A stretch of DNA of 42,516 nucleotides from Bacteroidota bacterium (GTDB lineage Bacteria > Bacteroidota > Bacteroidia > Chitinophagales > Chitinophagaceae): the NCBI GenBank assembly GCA_031408315.1, contig JANNWD010000122.1, positions 1 to 42,516 of the forward strand, written 5' to 3'. Shown here piece after piece: positions 36,271 to 42,516 of this stretch. The notes under the pieces are model-generated. The model did no database searches. It saw only the letters and a program-made list of their open reading frames with translations, and was not told where the DNA came from. Both the position numbers and the translations under genes were made by a program. Within the stretch, counting starts at the first letter, position 1. Every line of letters starts with the position of its first letter.

Positions 36271-38377
36271 AAGATTTTCTTGCCACCATCGTCAATATAG
36301 TAGCCACACCAGTTATCTCATCTGTTTCATCCAAAAATTCAACCAGCCATTTTACTATACCTTTTTCAATGTCATCGCCACGTTTAAAATCTTCGGGGTT
36401 TTCTACAATACGTTTATCATTGGGTAATTTTTCTTTGCAAGTAAAGCGTATGTAAACCTCTGCCCCCGGGTACACTGGTTTTGTAAACCGTAATTCATCT
36501 ATACCATAATTTAATAACACAGGATTTACTTTAAAACTATCTACAAACAAACCAGCAGCAATACTCATAATTAAATAACCATGTGCCACTTGGTGTGTAA
36601 ACATAGTGCCATCAAAATTGGTATCTTTTAAATGAGCATAAAATTTATCACCACTAAGCTCTGCAAACTTATCAATGTCTTCACTAGTTATAATTCGTTT
36701 ATCGGTTATAATTTGTTCGCCAATTTCAAGCTCTTCAAAATATTTTTTAAACGGATGTTTACCTCCATCTTTTCCTTTTGCATTTGGTTGATATACTTGT
36801 GTAACCTCGGTAATTGTTGTTGGGCTGCCTTGTATGGCTGTACGTTGTAGGTAATGTTTTACACCACGAATGCCACCCATTTCCTCTCCACCGCCTGCCC
36901 TGCCTGGGCCGCCATGCACTAACAATGGCAGTGGACTTCCATGTCCTGTACTTTCTTTAGCACATTCGTTATTTAAAATTAAAATACGACCATGATGAGT
37001 AGCTGCACCAATTACATATTGCCTTGCAATTTTTGTATTGGCAGTTACAATGGTACTTACTAAACTTCCTTTGCCTAATTTACTTAATGCAATGGCATCA
37101 TCAATATTTGTATAAGGCATTAATGTGCTTACTGGGCCAAAGGCTTCAATATTATGAGATGGATTTCCTTTTTTTTGTCCTTGGGCTGAAGACAAAGGCA
37201 ATTCATTCCAAGGTAATTCATTTAATAATAATATTGGGCTCATAAAAGCTCCCTTTATTGCATCTGCATCTATTACCTGTACACTATCTAAACTGCCATA
37301 AATAATTTGTGAAGATGCTAAAAGCTTTTGTACTTGCTCTTTTACTTCATTACGTTGTGTTTCTCCTGCTAAAGAACCCATTCTCACTTTTTCGTTTAAC
37401 GGATTACCAATTACTGTTTGGCTCAACGCCTTACCCAATGCAATTTGTATATCTTCAATTTTATTTTGCGGTACAAAAATTCGGCGTATTCCAGTGCATC
37501 GTTGCCCAGCCTTTAGCGTCATTTCTTTCCGTATCTCTTTTATAAAAATATCCCACTCAGGCATATTGGGTGTTACATCATCACCCAATACAATGCAATT
37601 TAAACTATCGGCTTCTACAGTAAATGGTGTATTGTTTTCTAAAATAGTTGCGGTTGATTTTAATAGCAGCCCTGTGGTTGCACTACCTGTAAATGTTACT
37701 ACATCTTGGCTGGTAACATGGTTTAATAAATCGCCTGCACTACCACAAATTAATTGCAATGCACCTTTTGGTAAAATATTACTTGCAATAATTTCTTTTA
37801 CTACCGCTTCGGTTAAATAACTAGTTACACTTGCAGGTTTTACTATAGCTGGCATACCAGCTAATAAATTAACTGCAATTTTCTCTAACATACCCCACAC
37901 CGGAAAATTAAATGCGTTTATATGCACTGCTACACCCTCTTTTGGGCTTAGGATATGTGTGCCCATAAACGTACTATTCTTGCTAAGGTTATGGCTTTCG
38001 CCATCTATACAAATTACATCGTCTGGGAATTTTCTTCTAAGAGATGCGTTGGCAAAAAGATTACCAATTCCGCCTTCAATATCTACCCAACTATCGGCTT
38101 TTGTAGCACCTGTTTTATAACTTATTTCGTAAAATTTTGGTAAATGTTTTTGTAAATGAAACGCCAACGCCTTAAGCATATTTCCTCTTGCATGAAAAGT
38201 CATTTTTCGTAAAGCAGGATTACCAACCGTTCTGCCATAATCCAACATGGCTTTAAAATCTAAACCTTTGGTGGTGGCTGTATAAATGGGTTCGCTAGTT
38301 ACAGCGTTATATAAAAGTTGTCCATCCCCATCGCCAGTTATCCAATTGCCGTTGATGTAGTTACCTAATTTGTTCAT
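36269..38377 (-). CDS. paaZ: Bifunctional aldehyde dehydrogenase/MaoC-type hydratase PaaZ
   Basis: HINAFNFP, FTGS, EADSLN, KAGQRCT, EAFGPV, HGSPLP..VHGGPGRAGGGEE, MaoC-type VAHGY. Confidence 0.92.
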   Translation of the reverse strand: MNKLGNYINGNWITGDGDGQLLYNAVTSEPIYTATTKGLDFKAMLDYGRTVGNPALRKMTFHARGNMLKALAFHLQKHLPKFYEISYKTGATKADSWVDIEGGIGNLFANASLRRKFPDDVICIDGESHNLSKNSTFMGTHILSPKEGVAVHINAFNFPVWGMLEKIAVNLLAGMPAIVKPASVTSYLTEAVVKEIIASNILPKGALQLICGSAGDLLNHVTSQDVVTFTGSATTGLLLKSTATILENNTPFTVEADSLNCIVLGDDVTPNMPEWDIFIKEIRKEMTLKAGQRCTGIRRIFVPQNKIEDIQIALGKALSQTVIGNPLNEKVRMGSLAGETQRNEVKEQVQKLLASSQIIYGSLDSVQVIDADAIKGAFMSPILLLNELPWNELPLSSAQGQKKGNPSHNIEAFGPVSTLMPYTNIDDAIALSKLGKGSLVSTIVTANTKIARQYVIGAATHHGRILILNNECAKESTGHGSPLPLLVHGGPGRAGGGEEMGGIRGVKHYLQRTAIQGSPTTITEVTQVYQPNAKGKDGGKHPFKKYFEELEIGEQIITDKRIITSEDIDKFAELSGDKFYAHLKDTNFDGTMFTHQVAHGYLIMSIAAGLFVDSFKVNPVLLNYGIDELRFTKPVYPGAEVYIRFTCKEKLPNDKRIVENPEDFKRGDDIEKGIVKWLVEFLDETDEITGVATILTMVARKS
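37179..37204. repeat. Degenerate palindrome inside paaZ
   Basis: ccttgggct-ga-agacaaagg (7/9 stem) followed by caatt; encodes ELPLSSAQG next to a duplicated NELP. Confidence 0.5.
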
Positions 38378-38454
38378 TTACAAAAATAGTTTTGGCAAAG
38401 CTACAATGCAATAATGGAATATATTTTATAAATTTGATGATAAAATTATGAGTT

Positions 38455-38643
38455 ATGAGTACGATTGAGAAAAAAGGATATGCCTTAGAAAAAATAGCAG
38501 CTTTAAAAAGCGAATCAGCTTTAGATGAAATTATAGCTCATTTAGAACGATTAGAAAAAGAAAATAAAACCTACAATCTTTCTCAACATTTTGATGAAGT
38601 AAATTCAAAATATGCTGACGTATTAAAAAAGTTAGCCCAATGA
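38455..38643 (+). CDS. Putative antitoxin for Doc
   Basis: 62 aa, ATGA overlap with the toxin gene; TAAATTTG box at 38429-38436. Confidence 0.65.
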   Translation: MSTIEKKGYALEKIAALKSESALDEIIAHLERLEKENKTYNLSQHFDEVNSKYADVLKKLAQ

Positions 38644-39017
38644 TCCTTCTAAAAGATGTTCTTGCTCTACATTTATATTCAATAAATCTATATGGCGGCG
38701 GAGAAGGTATTAGAGATTTGGGTGGATTAGAATCTGCAATAGCCAGACCTTTTGCCACGTTTGGAGGGGAAGATTTATATCAAACTTCATTTGAAAAAGC
38801 GGCAGCAATCGGGGAGAGTATAATAATGAATCATCCATTTTTGGATGGGAATAAAAGGACTGGATTTTTAGCAATGATTACTTTATTAAGAGATGACGGA
38901 TTTGTCTATAATGGTGAATTAGGGTTAAGCTATGTGTTCGTCATAAACATTTCTACTGGCGAATTACATTTTGATGAAATTATTACATGGTTAAAAGAAA
39001 ATTGCAAGCCTCTTTAA
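38640..39017 (+). CDS. doc: Doc (death-on-curing) Fic-family toxin
   Basis: GIRD.G.LESA..RP and HPFLDGNKRTG. Confidence 0.9.
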   Translation: MILLKDVLALHLYSINLYGGGEGIRDLGGLESAIARPFATFGGEDLYQTSFEKAAAIGESIIMNHPFLDGNKRTGFLAMITLLRDDGFVYNGELGLSYVFVINISTGELHFDEIITWLKENCKPL

Positions 39018-39610
39018 TAAATCTTTTTTACTAAATTTTCTTTAACACCGCCAAACCATTCGTCTTTTAAAATACTTAAAATCATTGATGTTCTTCTACC
39101 GTTTTCTATGGTGGCATGGCTACGTAAAATTCCTTCTTCTTTGCAACCAATATTTTTCATTGCATTAATTGATGCTACATTACCTACATCAGCTCTAAAT
39201 TCTACTCTTTCAAAATTCCAAACCTCAAAAGCGTACGTAAGTAATAGTAATTTACACTGCCTATTTAAACCAGTTCGTCTAAATTTTTTGCCATACCAGG
39301 TATAACCAATAGAGGCGGCTTTGTTATTAAATTCAATGTCGTAAAAACGAGTGCAGCCAGCAATTTGGTTGGTAATTTTATCTATTACTGTAAAAGGATA
39401 ACATTTGTTCTCATCCATTTCTTTTAAAGCAAAAACAATATATTTTTCCATAGCTGTATTGCTACCGCCAGGGTTTACCATACTGTATTGCCACGTAGTT
39501 GGTTCGGTTAAAGCATATTGCACAAAATGGTTAGTATGCTCAAGCGTTAGCGGTACTAATTTTACTTTTTCGTTTTCTAAAGTAATTGTTTCGTTTTTTA
39601 TCGGTGTCAT
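39014..39610 (-). CDS. RimJ/RimL-type GNAT acetyltransferase
   Basis: IGYTWY...RTGLN, RVEFRAD..N..S, EEGILR. Confidence 0.88.
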   Translation of the reverse strand: MTPIKNETITLENEKVKLVPLTLEHTNHFVQYALTEPTTWQYSMVNPGGSNTAMEKYIVFALKEMDENKCYPFTVIDKITNQIAGCTRFYDIEFNNKAASIGYTWYGKKFRRTGLNRQCKLLLLTYAFEVWNFERVEFRADVGNVASINAMKNIGCKEEGILRSHATIENGRRTSMILSILKDEWFGGVKENLVKKIY

Positions 39611-39618
39611 TTTTTTGC

Positions 39619-39649
39619 AAAAAAAATCCCGCTTTTTTGTAGCAGGATT
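39619..39649 (-). terminator. Intrinsic terminator after adk
   Basis: Minus strand aatcctgct-N7-agcgggatt followed by a T run. Confidence 0.7.
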
Positions 39650-39659
39650 GTAAAGTTAT

Positions 39660-40241
39660 TTATTCTTCGTTGCGTTTGTCAATCTCTGTACACAAGGCGG
39701 TAAAAATATCATCTACCGTTCCTTCGCCTTTTACCATCACCACTTTATCAAATTGTTTATAATAATCTGCAACAACAGCTGTTTTATTGTGATATTCAGT
39801 AATTCTTGCCCTAATAACTACTTCATTTGTATCATCGCTTCTGCCGCTAGTTTCTCCTCGTTTTAATAAGCGTTTTACTAACTCTTCTTCAGTAACATCT
39901 AATGCCAACATTACATTTATGCCAGTATCTTTTAAGGCCAATAAATTATCCAACGCTTCTGCCTGTGCACTTGTACGAGGGAAACCATCAAATAAAAAAC
40001 CTTTAGCTGTAGGATTAGCATCCAATGCAGAACTTATCATACCAATTACTACTTCATCGGGTACTAATTGCCCTTTATCCATAAGATTTTTAGCCTCTAA
40101 ACCCAATGGTGTTTTAGCGGCTATTTCACTACGTAGCAAATCGCCTGTGCTTAAATGCTTAAGCCCATAAGTTGCAATTAGTTTTTCGCTTTGTGTGCCT
40201 TTTCCACTTCCGGGAGGGCCAAAAAGAATTAAATTAAACAT
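39660..40241 (-). CDS. adk: Adenylate kinase (short LID type)
   Basis: GPPGSGKGTQ, STGDLLR, LVPD, DGFPR, GRSDD. Confidence 0.96.
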   Translation of the reverse strand: MFNLILFGPPGSGKGTQSEKLIATYGLKHLSTGDLLRSEIAAKTPLGLEAKNLMDKGQLVPDEVVIGMISSALDANPTAKGFLFDGFPRTSAQAEALDNLLALKDTGINVMLALDVTEEELVKRLLKRGETSGRSDDTNEVVIRARITEYHNKTAVVADYYKQFDKVVMVKGEGTVDDIFTALCTEIDKRNEE

Positions 40242-40389
40242 AAACAGTTATATACATTCTAACCTTGTGAAGATAGCAAAAATACAAATCGGTTTTTACA
40301 ATTTGTTTAACAATTTGCCGAATAATTTAAAAACAATTAAATTTTATTTTACGTAAATAACTTTACACCTAAAATTTTGTTTAACTACT

Positions 40390-40890
40390 ATGCATAAACT
40401 TGTATTTATTTTTACAATGCTATTTACGGCTTGCAGCCCAAAAAAATCTATAAATAAAGTAACAATGGCCCAAAGAATAATTAATGTAGATACCAATAAT
40501 TTACCTAAAACCGAAGAAGAGTGGAAGAAGTTATTGCCAGAAGATGTATATGAAATATCTAGAAATAAAGGAACCGAAAGGGCTTTTACGGGTAAATATA
40601 ATGAGCATAAAGCAATAGGAACTTATTATTGTATTGCTTGTAATAACCCACTGTTTAAAAGTAATGGAAAATTTGAAAGCAGTTGTGGCTGGCCAAGTTT
40701 TTTTGAGCCAATTACAAAAGGAAGTATTATTTATGCACCTGATAATGCTTATGGTATGAAACGTACAGAAGTAATGTGTGGTAAATGTAAAGGCCATTTA
40801 GGGCATGTATTTGAAGACGGGCCGCCGCCAACTGGGCTTAGATATTGTATAAACTCGGTTATATTAAAGTTTGAAGGTAGTAAAGAATAA
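40390..40890 (+). CDS. msrB: Peptide-methionine (R)-S-oxide reductase, predicted lipoprotein
   Basis: GTERAF, two CxxC motifs, GWPSF, HLGHVF, RYCINS; lipobox FTAC. Confidence 0.95.
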   Translation: MHKLVFIFTMLFTACSPKKSINKVTMAQRIINVDTNNLPKTEEEWKKLLPEDVYEISRNKGTERAFTGKYNEHKAIGTYYCIACNNPLFKSNGKFESSCGWPSFFEPITKGSIIYAPDNAYGMKRTEVMCGKCKGHLGHVFEDGPPPTGLRYCINSVILKFEGSKE

Positions 40891-40999
40891 TTGAGTTAAA
40901 AATGACACATATTTTATTTTTTACTTACTCAAATAATTAAAAATTTATCTGTAACAACCTGTATTAATCCGTTTCATATGTGTGTATAAAGAAAATACT

Positions 41000-41007
41000 T
41001 ACTTTTG
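41000..41007 (+). promoter_or_regulatory. -7 promoter box for the aminotransferase
   Basis: TACTTTTG 17 nt upstream of the ATG at 41025. Confidence 0.6.
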
Positions 41008-41024
41008 CCGCATAACTACTACGT

Positions 41025-42290
41025 ATGAGTTCAAGTAAATTAAGCCAATTAGCCGAAACATTAATTGGTAGCGAAATTGTTAAACTTGGTGCAGAAATTA
41101 AAGAAAAAATTAAGCAAGGCAATAAAATTTATAATTATACCATTGGCGATTTTGACTCGTCAATCTTTCCTATACCGCAACAATTTGAGAACGAAATAGT
41201 AGAAGCTTTTAAAGAAGGTTTTACAACTTATCCGCCTGCCGAAGGCAGTGTGGAACTTAGGCAAGCTGTTTCTTCATTTATTTTAGATAGAGAAAAAATA
41301 CATTTTGATATCAACGAAATTTTAATAGCCGCTGGCGGACGACCATTAATTTATAGTGCTTTTAGGGCTATTGTAGATAAGGAAGATAAAGTGATTTATG
41401 CCGTACCAAGTTGGAATAATAATCATTACGTACATTTTACCGAGGGAGAGCATGTGGTTATAGAAAGTAAGCTGGAAAATAACTTTATGCCTACGGCTAA
41501 TGAAATTGCCGAGCATATAAAAGGAGCATCATTACTAGCCTTGTGTAGTCCATTAAACCCAACAGGTACTACATTTACAAAAGAAGAATTAACTGCTATT
41601 TGCAATTTAGTAATTGAAGAAAACGAAAACCGTGGCGATTATGAAAAGAAATTGTATTTAATGTACGACCAAATTTATTGGACACTTACTTTTGGCGATA
41701 CTGAACATTACAACCCAATATCCATCAATCTAAAAATGAAAGAATACACCATTTTTATTGATGGCATAAGTAAAGCTTTTGCGGCAACTGGTGTACGAGT
41801 AGGTTGGGCATTGGGTCCGGCAAATGTTATTAATAAAATGAAAGCTATTAACAGCCATGTAGGGGCTTGGGCACCAATGGCAGAGCAAAAAGCAACAGCA
41901 AATTATCTTACCCAAACAAAAAACATTGATAAATACTTTACCACTTTTAAAGCAGAAATTGAAGAACGTTTACAACGTATTTACGTGGGATTTCAGCAAT
42001 TAAAAGTACAGGGATTTGATGTAGATGCTATAGCACCACAAGCGGCTATTTATTTAACTATACAATTAAATTTAGTAGGTAAAATAACTACTGCAGGTAA
42101 ATTATTAGAAGCCCAAAGCGATGTTACGAATTATATTTTAGATGAAGCTAAAATGGCCATTGTACCTTTTTATGCCTTTGGTGCTAGCCGAAATAGTAGT
42201 TGGTACAGGCTTAGTGTAGGCACTTGTAAAAAAGAAGAGATTGATGAAATGTTGGAGATGCTGAAAGGGGCGTTGAAAAAATTGAAATAA
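41025..42290 (+). CDS. PLP-dependent aminotransferase class I/II
   Basis: SPLNPTG, YDQIY, DGISKAFAATGVRVGW, RLS. Confidence 0.92.
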   Translation: MSSSKLSQLAETLIGSEIVKLGAEIKEKIKQGNKIYNYTIGDFDSSIFPIPQQFENEIVEAFKEGFTTYPPAEGSVELRQAVSSFILDREKIHFDINEILIAAGGRPLIYSAFRAIVDKEDKVIYAVPSWNNNHYVHFTEGEHVVIESKLENNFMPTANEIAEHIKGASLLALCSPLNPTGTTFTKEELTAICNLVIEENENRGDYEKKLYLMYDQIYWTLTFGDTEHYNPISINLKMKEYTIFIDGISKAFAATGVRVGWALGPANVINKMKAINSHVGAWAPMAEQKATANYLTQTKNIDKYFTTFKAEIEERLQRIYVGFQQLKVQGFDVDAIAPQAAIYLTIQLNLVGKITTAGKLLEAQSDVTNYILDEAKMAIVPFYAFGASRNSSWYRLSVGTCKKEEIDEMLEMLKGALKKLK

Positions 42291-42292
42291 TA

Positions 42293-42516
42293 TTAATTCT
42301 TACAATTTAAAAAAACAAAAGGTTTTTCGTGGCGTTGTTTAAAAAAAGTACGAAGTGCTAAATTTTTATTAATCACCTTGTATTTATTTACGTCGATGAG
42401 TTCGTGGGCAGTAATTAAATTATCTAAGCGTTCCACATCACACAAAAGCGTATGCAATAACTCCACCTCTTGCTCAATAGCCTGAGGAGACATTACCGTT
42501 TGATTAAATAAAACCA
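42293..42516 (-). CDS. Small hypothetical protein, possibly starting beyond the window edge
   Basis: The frame stays open upstream of the ATG at 42493 (VLFNQTV) to the window end; stop abuts the aminotransferase stop. Confidence 0.55.
   Translation of the reverse strand, partial: VLFNQTVMSPQAIEQEVELLHTLLCDVERLDNLITAHELIDVNKYKVINKNLALRTFFKQRHEKPFVFLNCKN

Noticed and set aside
1-42516. CRISPR array, tRNA/rRNA, transposase or integrase
   Set aside because: No regularly spaced repeats, RNA gene signatures or recombinase motifs found by eye; intergenic gaps are short.

Overview
AT-rich chromosomal window from a Bacteroidota genome; TAnnTTTG -7 promoter boxes and gene content suggest Chitinophagaceae (inference). 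Housekeeping genes include two rhomboids, rlmD, a thioredoxin-like protein, a PPIase, metF, lptB, a GH3-family protein, fabG, nhaD, an AlkA-like glycosylase, a crotonase, paaZ, adk, msrB and an aminotransferase. The central ~13 kb holds two convergent operons. One encodes an ABC/HlyD/TolC exporter with a degenerate ATPase domain. The other is an inorganic-carbon uptake operon (SulP, beta-carbonic anhydrase, DabA, DabB, DUF2490-like barrel). Each operon starts with a similar ~90-100 aa ORF (signal peptide, NC, acidic/basic tract, C-terminal PPN-x-I/V-stop). These two ORFs share promoter context and a post-stop U-rich motif, and are my best candidate for an undescribed leader-peptide regulatory system. 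The window also carries several families of short palindromic repeats, some inserted in frame in rlmD, hlyD/ABC and paaZ. Other accessory features: two toxin-antitoxin pairs (one flanked by direct repeats), a cassette-like esterase with attC-like flanks, a frameshifted DUF1801-like gene, and a decayed yegP copy bracketing an MBOAT module. No rRNA, tRNA, CRISPR array or transposase was seen. Family names come from motif recognition by eye, not database searches.
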